Source: Clostridia bacterium (lineage in GTDB: Bacteria; Bacillota; Clostridia; Christensenellales; CAG-138). Taken from it: a stretch of DNA of 64,000 nucleotides. Below, in pieces: positions 18,241 through 26,823 of this stretch. Both the position numbers and the translations under genes were made by a program. The notes beneath the pieces are model-generated. The model saw nothing but the letters and a program-made list of their open reading frames with translations, ran no database searches and had not been told where the DNA came from. The stretch covers positions 6,429 through 70,428 of the forward strand of contig JAUNJX010000002.1 of NCBI GenBank assembly GCA_030533005.1, read 5' to 3'. Within the stretch, counting starts at the first letter, position 1, and every line of letters starts with the position of its first letter.

Positions 18241-19629
18241 TTACAGCTTTTTCAGCTTTGCCCCTTCCTTGGAATCCTCCACGGCAAAGCCCATGGCCTT
18301 AAGCTGCTCCCTGATCTCGTCCGCCTTGCCCCAGTCCTTCGCGGCGCGGGCGGCGGTGCGCGCCTCTAGCAGCGTCACGGCCTCCGCGGGGAATTCCGCC
18401 TCCGCCTTGTGCTGCAAAAGACCCAGCACGCCGCAAAGATCGGAGTAGATCTTGCGCGCGTGGGAAAGCGCCTCCTCGCCGTGCGGTTCGGTGACAAAGG
18501 TGTTGATCGCACGGGTCAGCTCAAACAGCGCCCCCAGCGCGTCCGCCGTATTGAGATCGTCGTCCATGGCGGCGCAGAACGCGTCGCAAAAGCCGTCCAC
18601 CTGCTTGATGAAGGCGGCGTCCTCGTCGGTCGATTGCCCTATCGGCGCTTCGTCCAGCCGTTCTTTGGCGGTGCGCAGACGGATGAGCGCGTTTTGCGCC
18701 TGCTCCACTAAATCGGGCGCAAAGTTGACGGGGTTGCGGTACTGCGCCGAAAGCAGGAACAGCCGCACCGCCTCCAGATCGTATTCCTTGGAGATATCGC
18801 GCACCAGCTTGAAGTTGCCAAGGGATTTGGACATCTTCTGGTTGTCGATATTGATGTAGCCGTTGTGCATCCAGTATTTGGCAAAGGGCTTTCCGGTGGC
18901 CGCCTCGCTCTGGGCGATCTCGTTTTCGTGGTGCGGGAAGATAAGATCCTGCCCGCCCGCGTGGATGTCGAAGGTGGGGCCGAGAATGGACATGCTCATG
19001 GCCGAGCACTCGATATGCCAGCCGGGGCGGCCTTCGCCCCAAGGGGTGGGCCAGCTGGGCTCGCCCGGCTTCGCGCCCTTCCAAAGGGCGAAGTCCAAAG
19101 GATCGCGCTTGATCTCGGTGGTGTCGATGCGCGCGCCGCTCTCCAGATCGTCTACGGACTGGCCGGACAGCTTGCCGTAGCCGGGGAAGGTGCGCACGGC
19201 GAAATACACGTCGCCGTTATCGGTCGGATAGGCGTGCCCCTTGTCGATGAGCGTCTTTACCAGATCGATGATCTCCTGCACATGCTCCGTGGCGCGCGGA
19301 TTGACGCTCGCGCGCTCCACGGAGAGCGCGTCGGCGTCCGTATAGTATTCCTTGATGTAACGATCCGCCACCTCCTGTACGGTGCAGCCCTCCTCGTTGG
19401 CCTTGCGGATAAGCTTGTCGTCGATATCCGTGAAGTTCTGCACGAACGTCACCTTGTAGCCCTGATATTCAAGATACCGGCGGAAGGTGTCGAACACCAC
19501 AAACGGGCGCGCGTTGCCGATGTGGAAGAAGTTGTAGACCGTGGGGCCGCAAACGTACATCTTGATCTCGCCCGGCACAAGCGGCACGAGTTCCTCTTTT
19601 TTGCGGGTCATGGTATTGTATATCTGCAT
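18241..19629 (-). CDS. cysS: cysteine--tRNA ligase
   Basis: HIGH-type motif [16 protein letters not shown] and KMSKS present; RBS GGAGGT. Confidence 0.95.
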   Translation of the reverse strand: MQIYNTMTRKKEELVPLVPGEIKMYVCGPTVYNFFHIGNARPFVVFDTFRRYLEYQGYKVTFVQNFTDIDDKLIRKANEEGCTVQEVADRYIKEYYTDADALSVERASVNPRATEHVQEIIDLVKTLIDKGHAYPTDNGDVYFAVRTFPGYGKLSGQSVDDLESGARIDTTEIKRDPLDFALWKGAKPGEPSWPTPWGEGRPGWHIECSAMSMSILGPTFDIHAGGQDLIFPHHENEIAQSEAATGKPFAKYWMHNGYINIDNQKMSKSLGNFKLVRDISKEYDLEAVRLFLLSAQYRNPVNFAPDLVEQAQNALIRLRTAKERLDEAPIGQSTDEDAAFIKQVDGFCDAFCAAMDDDLNTADALGALFELTRAINTFVTEPHGEEALSHARKIYSDLCGVLGLLQHKAEAEFPAEAVTLLEARTAARAAKDWGKADEIREQLKAMGFAVEDSKEGAKLKKL

Positions 19630-19639
19630 AGGGTACCTC

Positions 19640-19918
19640 CTAATTTATATCGTCGTCTTTTTCGACGTCTGTTGCTTCGTCTTTCTCGTCGCTCTTTTCC
19701 GCCGCCGTTTTCTCTTTCTCCTTCGGCTTGCGCTTGGCGGAGAGCTGGTCTGCAACGTGCGTGGCCTCCAGCTCGTCCTCGATGCTCGTCAAAAGCTCGT
19801 CGAGCTTCGCGCCGTGGCGGCCAAAGCTCTTGATGCGGCTGTAGGCTGTTACCGCGACGCCCGAAAGCAGCACGAATGCCGCGGCGACGCCCAGTATGAT
19901 GATCCACAAATTCGTCAT
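19640..19918 (-). CDS. hypothetical single-pass membrane protein with Lys/Glu/Asp-rich tail
   Basis: ATG at 19918 forms an ATGA overlap with the upstream gene stop. Product MTNLWIIILGVAAAFVLLSGVAV... is 92 aa. The track ORF to 20119 is an extension. Confidence 0.6.
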   Translation of the reverse strand: MTNLWIIILGVAAAFVLLSGVAVTAYSRIKSFGRHGAKLDELLTSIEDELEATHVADQLSAKRKPKEKEKTAAEKSDEKDEATDVEKDDDIN

Positions 19919-21228
19919 AAGCCCTGTACCCGAAGCCTTTCTGCAAGCCGCAGCGCGGCGCTGACCGAAAGCTGATCCCGCGCGTCCACCTGATGATCCA
20001 CACAGGCGTTTTGCAGGCTTGCGCGATCGCAAAGCACCATCTTTTCCTCCAATACAGCGGCGACAAAGCGCGTGAACGCCTCCGCCTTCAACGGCGGGAA
20101 GGCTATGCGCTGCGCCCATTCCAGCGTCGCGTTCTGCCGCGTGGTGAGGGCGACTAAAACGTTGGGCGGCAGCAGGTGCAGGATGTCGGTGGGGATGCTC
20201 CCGGGGAGCACGTCGTCAAACAGCAGCAAAAACTTCAGCGGCTGGGAGGCGAGCAGGGTGCAAAGCGCGTCCAGCCCCGAAACCGCGTGCGTTTCCACCA
20301 GCCGAAGCTCGGGAAGCTCGTAGGGGAGGGAGAGAAGCTGCGCGGTCTTGCCCATGCCGGCGGGGCCGTACAGCAGCAGATGCGTCGTGCATTCCCCCTG
20401 CATGAAGCGGATGAGCGCGTCCGTGAGCTGCTCCCGCTGCTCTATAAAGCACACGGGCTCGGGCAATGGCGCTATGGCCGTGTCCGGCAGCGGCGTGAGG
20501 CGGTCTTCATAGCGGAAGGCGCGGCATTTCAAAAACAGGCCGCAGCCGTAGGATGCGAAGAAGCAGCGGATATCCTCGATGCGCTCCTCCCAAAGCGGGT
20601 TCTCCAAAAGCCGCGCGTAGATCTCCTCCAGGGCTTCGTCCGCGGCGTAGCTGTCGTGCAGCCCCGGTTCGCCGTAATGCCAGTTATGAAAGTGCAGCTC
20701 GCCCGTAAACGCGGCGGGCGTTTGCTTTTCCTCCGGCGTGGGGAGCGCGCGCGCGCTGCCGCCCGACCAGACGGCGGTGGAGAAAAGCTCGATATTGTCC
20801 CGCGCCTGCCGGGGTTTCAGGCGGGCTGCCTGTAAGCGCCCTTCGATCATGCGCACAAGCGCCGCGCCCGTAAGCGTGGAGAGGCTGCCCAGCACCACAA
20901 GCTCGGTACGCATGGCAGAATAGGCCGCCTCCTCCACAAACCCCGACGCGGCCTGTCGCGCGAAAGCGTGGGGGGTGCAAAGCAGCAGGTGCAAAAGATA
21001 ATCGTGCCAAAGATCGCCGCTGACCCGCCGCACGGGCGCATGCAAAAGGCACGCGGTAAGCTCGTGATACGCGTCGGACGCAAGCAGCGCGTCGCCCGCG
21101 TTGACGGCGGCAAGAAAAGCGCGCAGGCTCTGCACGCAGTCGCTTTCCCGAAGCAGCATCGACTGGGAAACCAGAGGTGCGATAAGGGCAAACGCCTCCC
21201 GTGGTTCACAATCCTTCAAGTCCCGCAC
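19915..21228 (-). CDS. DUF815-like AAA-type ATPase
   Basis: GTG start after GGGAGGTG. Walker A LLYGPAGMGKTA and Walker B-like FLLLFDD in the C-terminal half. The family assignment is from memory of DUF815 proteins. Confidence 0.7.
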   Translation of the reverse strand: MRDLKDCEPREAFALIAPLVSQSMLLRESDCVQSLRAFLAAVNAGDALLASDAYHELTACLLHAPVRRVSGDLWHDYLLHLLLCTPHAFARQAASGFVEEAAYSAMRTELVVLGSLSTLTGAALVRMIEGRLQAARLKPRQARDNIELFSTAVWSGGSARALPTPEEKQTPAAFTGELHFHNWHYGEPGLHDSYAADEALEEIYARLLENPLWEERIEDIRCFFASYGCGLFLKCRAFRYEDRLTPLPDTAIAPLPEPVCFIEQREQLTDALIRFMQGECTTHLLLYGPAGMGKTAQLLSLPYELPELRLVETHAVSGLDALCTLLASQPLKFLLLFDDVLPGSIPTDILHLLPPNVLVALTTRQNATLEWAQRIAFPPLKAEAFTRFVAAVLEEKMVLCDRASLQNACVDHQVDARDQLSVSAALRLAERLRVQGL

Positions 21229-21314
21229 GGCGTTGCACCTCCCTTCCTATCCTGACCTCTTATCATACCGCATTTTCACCCCGTTTTGCAACTCTATTTC
21301 AAGCGTTGCACCCC

Positions 21315-21344
21315 TTGCCCAAGCGGATAAGATGGTGCTATAAT
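21315..21344 (+). promoter_or_regulatory. candidate promoter of murG
   Basis: TTGCCC (21315-21320), 18-nt spacer, TGcTATAAT (TATAAT 21339-21344). Confidence 0.35.
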
Positions 21345-21420
21345 ACAAAAGATTGGCAGTGCGAATCATTTCCGCATAGTATGGTTAGAAATATCATAAA
21401 AATATGAGAAGGAAAGCTGC

Positions 21421-22542
21421 ATGGCAAAAACCATCCTGTTTACGGGCGGGGGCTCCGCCGGGCATGTTACGCCCAATCTTGCCCTGATCGAAAGACTGCG
21501 CAAGGAGGGCTATACCATTCAGTATATGGGCTCGCAGGACGGTATAGAGCGGGATCTGATCGAGGATCTTCGCATTCCCTACCATGCCATACCCTGCGGC
21601 AAGCTGCGGCGCTATTTTTCATGGAAGAATTTCACCGATCCCTTCAGGGTCGTGGCGGGCGTCTTTGCGGCGCGCCGCATCGTACGGCAGATCAAGCCCG
21701 ACGCCGTGTTCTCTAAGGGCGGCTTCGTTTCTGTCCCCGTGGTGATCGGCGCGCACGGGCGCGCCCCCATCGTCATCCACGAATCGGATTATACGCCGGG
21801 TTTGGCCAACCGCGTCGCGGGGCGCTTTGCGGATACCGTCTGCGTCACCTTCGAGGACACGCTTTCCTCCGTGGGGGCAAAGGGCGTTTTCACGGGTACG
21901 CCCATACGCCCCGCCCTCTATGAAGGCGACGCGAAAAGGGGCTTGAACCTTGCGGCGTTCGACGGCGAAAAGCCGGTGCTGCTCATCATGGGCGGGAGCC
22001 TTGGCGCCAAGGCCGTCAACGATACCGTGCGGGCGGCGCTGCCGCGCCTGCTGCGCGCCTTTGACGTCATCCATCTTTGCGGCAGGGGCAAGGTGGACGA
22101 CGCGGCCGCATGCGCGGGCTATCGCCAGTATGAATATGTGACCAAGGAGCTGCCCGACCTTTTTGCCTGCGCGGACGTTGTGCTTTCCCGCGCGGGCGCA
22201 AACGCCGTGTTCGAGCTTCTGGCGCTGTGCAAGCCCGCGCTGCTCGTGCCCCTGCCCCGCTCCGCCTCCCGCGGCGATCAGCTTTTGAATGCCGGGTATT
22301 TTGCCCGCAAGGGCTACGCCATGGTCTTGGAGCAGGAGCAGCTTACCCCCGATACGCTGGTGGACGCGCTGGGCGACCTCTACCATCGCCGATTGTCCTT
22401 CATCAGCACCATGAGCCACGAGGAGAAGGCGGACGGCACGGATGAGGTGCTCGCGGTGATCCGCAAGGCGGCCGAGGCGCCCTGCGCGACCTGCCGCAAG
22501 CATACGCACGACCCCGGGGACTGCCCCAAGCAGACCCGATGA
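21421..22542 (+). CDS. murG: undecaprenyldiphospho-muramoylpentapeptide beta-N-acetylglucosaminyltransferase
   Basis: MAKTILFTGGGSAGHVTPNLALIERL... is typical of Firmicutes MurG; short Cys/His-containing C-terminal extension. Confidence 0.9.
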   Translation: MAKTILFTGGGSAGHVTPNLALIERLRKEGYTIQYMGSQDGIERDLIEDLRIPYHAIPCGKLRRYFSWKNFTDPFRVVAGVFAARRIVRQIKPDAVFSKGGFVSVPVVIGAHGRAPIVIHESDYTPGLANRVAGRFADTVCVTFEDTLSSVGAKGVFTGTPIRPALYEGDAKRGLNLAAFDGEKPVLLIMGGSLGAKAVNDTVRAALPRLLRAFDVIHLCGRGKVDDAAACAGYRQYEYVTKELPDLFACADVVLSRAGANAVFELLALCKPALLVPLPRSASRGDQLLNAGYFARKGYAMVLEQEQLTPDTLVDALGDLYHRRLSFISTMSHEEKADGTDEVLAVIRKAAEAPCATCRKHTHDPGDCPKQTR

Positions 22543-22576
22543 AGACACAAGACCGACCCAACATCTTGTGGCGAAA

Positions 22577-22592
22577 TGTTTCACATGAAACA
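22577..22592. promoter_or_regulatory. parS-like site (one mismatch)
   Basis: TGTTTCACATGAAACA versus the Firmicutes parS consensus TGTTNCACGTGAAACA. Confidence 0.55.
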
Positions 22593-22746
22593 ATATACGC
22601 GAAAGCGCACAATTCGCCCCACAACATGTAGTATCGTAAGGAATCGCTGAAAAAAACGAAGAAATCGCAATGAAGAAAAACATGCCGTTTTATTCATTGC
22701 GCGCCCATTTACCAAGCACGACCAAGACAGAATAGGAGTACGAATC

Positions 22747-24276
22747 ATGACCGCCATGTCCAAGGATAAGGTGCGAAGCCTTTTGTCACAGCCCAATGGG
22801 ACGGAGAAATTGAGCGCCAAGCCCGAGATCGTCCTGCCTGCAGCGTGGGAGCTGTTCACCGAGGAGGCGAACGCCGCCGCCTGCGGGTTCCTCTGTGCCT
22901 GCGCCAAGCAAAAGAAGCTGCGGGAGAATATCGCAATGCGCTTGCAGCAGGATCGCGCGCCGCTTTGGGAGGCGCTGCAAAGCCCCGTGTCCAAAATGCG
23001 CAAAAACGCCGCGCGCCTTTGCGGGGCGCTTGCCAATCCCGCGGACGCGCCCGCGCTGCTCCAAGCCCTTCAAAAAGAGGATACGCGCTTTGTGCTGCCC
23101 TCCATACTGCTCTCGCTGGGCGCTATCGGCGGGGCGGAGGCGGAGGCCGCGCTGCTTGCCTACACCGTGGAGGAGGGCGACCCCAAGCATGTCGCGGCGG
23201 AGAAGGAGGCGCTTCGCATGGCGCGCGCACGCTGCGCGACCACGCAGAAGCACGCCTACAAGGGCTTTGCAAAGCCTGTGCTCGTGGAGCTTAGAACGCC
23301 CAAGTGGCTGTCTGAAAGCCTCGTGTATGAATTGAAGAACATGGGTCTATCGCCCGTCAAGACCACCACCGCCGCCGTCACCGTGCGCACGGCGAATCTG
23401 CCCGCCCTGTATCAGGCGCGGAGCTTCACCGAGCTGCTTTTGCCCTTGGGCAAGTGCGAGAATAAATTGCAGGACATCGCGGACGTTGCCGCCCCCATGG
23501 GCGAGATGCTTCGCGCCTGCCATGATGGAGAGCCGCCCTTTTCCTATCGCGTGGAGGCCAAGGGGGAGGTGCCGGATCGCGCGCGCTTTGCAAAGGATAT
23601 GGCAATGCTGATGGACGGGCCTTTGCTTCGCAACGCCCCCTCGGACTACGAAGCGGAGCTGCGCGTGGAGATTGGCAAGAGCGCGCGGGTGTACGTCAAG
23701 CTTTTTTCTATCCCCGATACGCGCTTCCCATATAGAAAGGAAACGCTGCCCGCGAGCATCCATCCCGCCGTGGCGGCGGCGGTGCTGCGCTACGCCCGGG
23801 CGTATCTCAAGGAGGGCGACCGCGTGCTCGATCCCTGCTGCGGCAGCGGCACGCTGCTGTTTGAGCGCGAAATGCTCAACAAGTGCGAATCGCTCACGGG
23901 TGTGGACATCGCGCACAAGGCTGTCGAGATCGCGCGCGGCAACGCGGCGGCGGGGGAGAGCCGCGCGAAATTCGTCGTCAACGACTGCCGCCGCTTCATC
24001 GCCGGCCGCCAGTACGACGAGGTCATCGCCAACCTTCCCTTTGGCAACCGCGTGGGCAACCACAGCGAAAACGAAACGCTCTACGCTGAAATACTCGATA
24101 AGCTTACCGACTGGATGCAGCCCGACGGCACGGCGGTGCTCTACACCATGGAATTCACGCTGCTTAAAAAGCTCCTGCGCGCGCGTCCCGCTCTCGAATT
24201 GGTGACGGAGACCAAGACGGATGCGGGCGGGCTGATGCCGGGTATATTCATCATACGGTTTTCGAAGCGCATCTAA
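22747..24276 (+). CDS. class I SAM-dependent (RNA) methyltransferase with N-terminal HEAT-like region
   Basis: SAM motif VLDPCCGSGTLLFE and catalytic-type motif NLPFGNR (a variant of NPPY/DPPY). N-terminal repeats such as NAARLCGALANPADAPALLQAL. Confidence 0.78.
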   Translation: MTAMSKDKVRSLLSQPNGTEKLSAKPEIVLPAAWELFTEEANAAACGFLCACAKQKKLRENIAMRLQQDRAPLWEALQSPVSKMRKNAARLCGALANPADAPALLQALQKEDTRFVLPSILLSLGAIGGAEAEAALLAYTVEEGDPKHVAAEKEALRMARARCATTQKHAYKGFAKPVLVELRTPKWLSESLVYELKNMGLSPVKTTTAAVTVRTANLPALYQARSFTELLLPLGKCENKLQDIADVAAPMGEMLRACHDGEPPFSYRVEAKGEVPDRARFAKDMAMLMDGPLLRNAPSDYEAELRVEIGKSARVYVKLFSIPDTRFPYRKETLPASIHPAVAAAVLRYARAYLKEGDRVLDPCCGSGTLLFEREMLNKCESLTGVDIAHKAVEIARGNAAAGESRAKFVVNDCRRFIAGRQYDEVIANLPFGNRVGNHSENETLYAEILDKLTDWMQPDGTAVLYTMEFTLLKKLLRARPALELVTETKTDAGGLMPGIFIIRFSKRI

Positions 24277-24515
24277 GGATGCGCTTCGAGCTCACACGTT
24301 TTACCTCTCGCCCCGTTGGGGCGCCGGACGGTAAAGCGTGCAGGATGCGCCTTGCGAACAGCCGCCGCGCATAGGCTGTCAAACTCGCCTATGTCGCCGG
24401 TATAGAATCTAAGATGGGTATCCGTTTTTAAAAGAAACGCAATTGCTCTTGCTATGCGTTCCGCTATATCTTGGGCATAAACCTGTCTATGCCCAATAAA
24501 TGTGCAGATTTTCAT
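24273..24515 (-). pseudogene. probable 3'-truncated SLOG/DUF1273-like gene fragment
   Basis: MKICTFIGHRQV...YTGDIGEFDSLCAAAVRKAH resembles the N-terminal half of DUF1273/SLOG proteins. The frame then degenerates and collides with the methyltransferase stop. Confidence 0.4.
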
Positions 24516-24620
24516 GGCATACTCCGTCAGAAATAAGTATTGCGTCAAAATTGCGTCATTTGAACCGACGAATTATACTATGCCGTTATAATTTGGTCAA
24601 AACTTAGTCAAAGGTGCGCT

Positions 24621-24806
24621 ATGAAAGATTGTTTGCCACGCTTCACGCTTCGAGTTTCGCAAGTGTTGTTGGATAAGATCGGATATATTGCGGACTTTGA
24701 GGGCAGAACGAAAAATAAAGAGATCGAACAGCTGATCAAAAAACGAATTGCCGAGTTTGAAACGCAGCACGGTATCATCAATCTGTCAGAAACACAGGAC
24801 AAATAG
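24621..24806 (+). CDS. ribbon-helix-helix (Arc/CopG-like) DNA-binding protein
   Basis: 61 aa. RFTLRVSQVLLDKIGYIADFEGRTKNKEIEQLIKKRIAEFE fits a beta-strand/helix/helix RHH pattern. The local sequence is AT-richer. Confidence 0.62.
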   Translation: MKDCLPRFTLRVSQVLLDKIGYIADFEGRTKNKEIEQLIKKRIAEFETQHGIINLSETQDK

Positions 24807-24816
24807 CCTTGATTAC

Positions 24817-24842
24817 CGGCCTGGCACACAGGCCGTTTTTTA
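24817..24842 (+). terminator. intrinsic terminator after the RHH gene
   Basis: CGGCCTG (24817-24823) / CAGGCCG (24829-24835) followed by TTTTTTATT. Confidence 0.7.
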
Positions 24843-24989
24843 TTGTGCATAAAGAGCCGTTTCCCTCCCCACATTTTTCACAATCAACATCTTGTGTCCT
24901 GAAGGAAAAGAGGAAAAAGGTGTCGTAAAAGGCAAAAATTACCGAAACCACAAATCATTGTATCTAAGGAAACATCTTCCACTAAATAT

Positions 24990-25005
24990 TGTTTCACGTG
25001 AAACA
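24990..25005. promoter_or_regulatory. parS centromere site (perfect palindrome)
   Basis: TGTTTCACGTGAAACA, an exact match to the Firmicutes parS consensus, about 150 bp upstream of parA. Confidence 0.85.
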
Positions 25006-25154
25006 TTTTGCCCCGCAGCAGCGCCCCGCGCCTACGGCCTACATCTTGTGGAGCGGACGGCGGGAGGCGTTTTTGCGCGAGTTGCGCGCGGAAAGCTTTT
25101 GCACTATAATAGTAGGACAATGGGTCTATGTGTGCCCATGATACAACAATACGA

Positions 25155-25952
25155 ATGAAAAAGGCAGGTAGCGCCGTGGCAAAGATCATCGCAGTGGCAA
25201 ATCAGAAGGGTGGCGTGGGCAAGACCACGACCACGGTCAATCTTTCGGCATGCATCGCGCAGCAGGGCAAGCGGGTGCTTTGCGTGGATATCGATCCGCA
25301 GGGCAACAGCACGAGCGGCTTGGGTATAGATAAGGAAGCGACGGAGCATTGCGCCTACGACGTGCTCATCAACGGCGTCCCCGTGAAGGAGGCGCTGGTG
25401 CATACCGCGATCGACGGTCTTGACGTGCTTTCCGCCCGTAAGGAGCTTGCGGGCGCGGAGGTGGAGCTTGTCAGCGCCATGGCGCGCGAGACGATTCTTA
25501 AAAAGGCGCTCAATATCGTGCGGGGCGACTATGACTACATCTTCATCGATTGCCCGCCCTCCCTGGGGTTGCTTACGCTCAACGCCCTGACGGCGGCGGA
25601 CACGCTGCTTGCCCCCATCCAGTGCGAGTACTATGCGCTGGAGGGGCTGACGGATCTGATGAACACCGTCAAGCTCGTGCACCAAAACCTCAACCCGAGA
25701 TTGCAGGTGGAGGGGGTGGTGCTCACCATGTTTGACGCCCGCACCAATCTTTCCGCGCAGGTAGTGAGCGAGGTCAAGAAGTTCTTCAAGAACAAGGTCT
25801 ATAAAACCATCATCCCCCGCAGCGTGCGATTGGGCGAAGCGCCGAGCTTCGGCCTGCCCATCACGCTTTACGACGAGAAGTGCACCGGCGCGCAGGCGTA
25901 TATGGCGCTGGCGCAGGAGGTCATCGCGGGAAATCAGGGACAGGAGAAATAG
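25155..25952 (+). CDS. parA: chromosome partitioning ATPase ParA/Soj
   Basis: Deviant Walker A KIIAVANQKGGVGKTTTTVNLSA. The start is either ATG 25155 or, more like Soj, GTG 25176. Confidence 0.9.
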   Translation: MKKAGSAVAKIIAVANQKGGVGKTTTTVNLSACIAQQGKRVLCVDIDPQGNSTSGLGIDKEATEHCAYDVLINGVPVKEALVHTAIDGLDVLSARKELAGAEVELVSAMARETILKKALNIVRGDYDYIFIDCPPSLGLLTLNALTAADTLLAPIQCEYYALEGLTDLMNTVKLVHQNLNPRLQVEGVVLTMFDARTNLSAQVVSEVKKFFKNKVYKTIIPRSVRLGEAPSFGLPITLYDEKCTGAQAYMALAQEVIAGNQGQEK

Positions 25953-25955
25953 AGT

Positions 25956-26822
25956 ATGGCCATGAAAAAGGGACTGGGTAAGGGGCTGGACGCGCTGTTG
26001 GGCGAATTCAGCGAGAACGCGGCGAGCGGCATACAGGAGGTCGATATTTATCTGATCGACACCAACGCCGAGCAGCCGCGAAAGACCTTTGACGAGGACA
26101 AGCTCAAGGAGCTTGCTTCGTCCATAGAGCGCCACGGCATTTTGCAGCCCATCGTGGTGCGGCAAAACGGCGAACGCTACACCATCGTCATGGGCGAGCG
26201 GCGGTATCGCGCGGCGCGCCTGAACGGGATGGCGACCGTGCCCGTGATCGTACGGACGCTGGAGGACGCGCAGGCCATGGAGGCGGCGCTGGTGGAAAAC
26301 TTGCAGCGCGAGGACTTGAACCCCGTGGAAGAAGCGGCGGGCATCAAGTATCTGATGGAGCAGCAGGATCTTACGCAGGAGGAGGCGGCGGAGCGCTTGG
26401 GTAAATCCCGCCCGGCCATCGCAAACTCCTTGCGCCTCTTGACGCTGAGCGAGCCGGTGCTCGATCTCCTGCGGGAGGGCAGGCTGCAGGCGGGTCACGC
26501 GCGCGCGCTCATCACCGTGCGGGAACCGGCGCGCCAGAACGAGCTGGCCGAGCGCATCGTTAAAAACGGGCTGACCGTGCGCGACGCGGAGGCCATGACC
26601 AAGGAGAAGGAGCGGGAGAGACCCGCGAAGAAGGCCAAGGCCGAGCCGCTGCGGGACAGCGACCTCGTATCGGCGGAGGAGACGCTGCGCAACCGCCTTG
26701 GCACCAAGGTGCTTATTCAGGGCGACGCCGCGCGCGGCAGGATCATCATCGAATATTACAGCAAGCAGGAGCTGCAAAACCTCTACGACGCGATCGCGGG
26801 GCAGCAGACGGAGCAAGACTGA
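25956..26822 (+). CDS. parB: chromosome partitioning protein ParB/Spo0J
   Basis: KKGLGKGLDALL N-terminus, ParB box GILQPIVVRQ...YTIVMGERRYRAA, HTH QEEAAERLGKSRPAIANSLRLL. Confidence 0.92.
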   Translation: MAMKKGLGKGLDALLGEFSENAASGIQEVDIYLIDTNAEQPRKTFDEDKLKELASSIERHGILQPIVVRQNGERYTIVMGERRYRAARLNGMATVPVIVRTLEDAQAMEAALVENLQREDLNPVEEAAGIKYLMEQQDLTQEEAAERLGKSRPAIANSLRLLTLSEPVLDLLREGRLQAGHARALITVREPARQNELAERIVKNGLTVRDAEAMTKEKERERPAKKAKAEPLRDSDLVSAEETLRNRLGTKVLIQGDAARGRIIIEYYSKQELQNLYDAIAGQQTEQD

Positions 26823-26823
26823 C

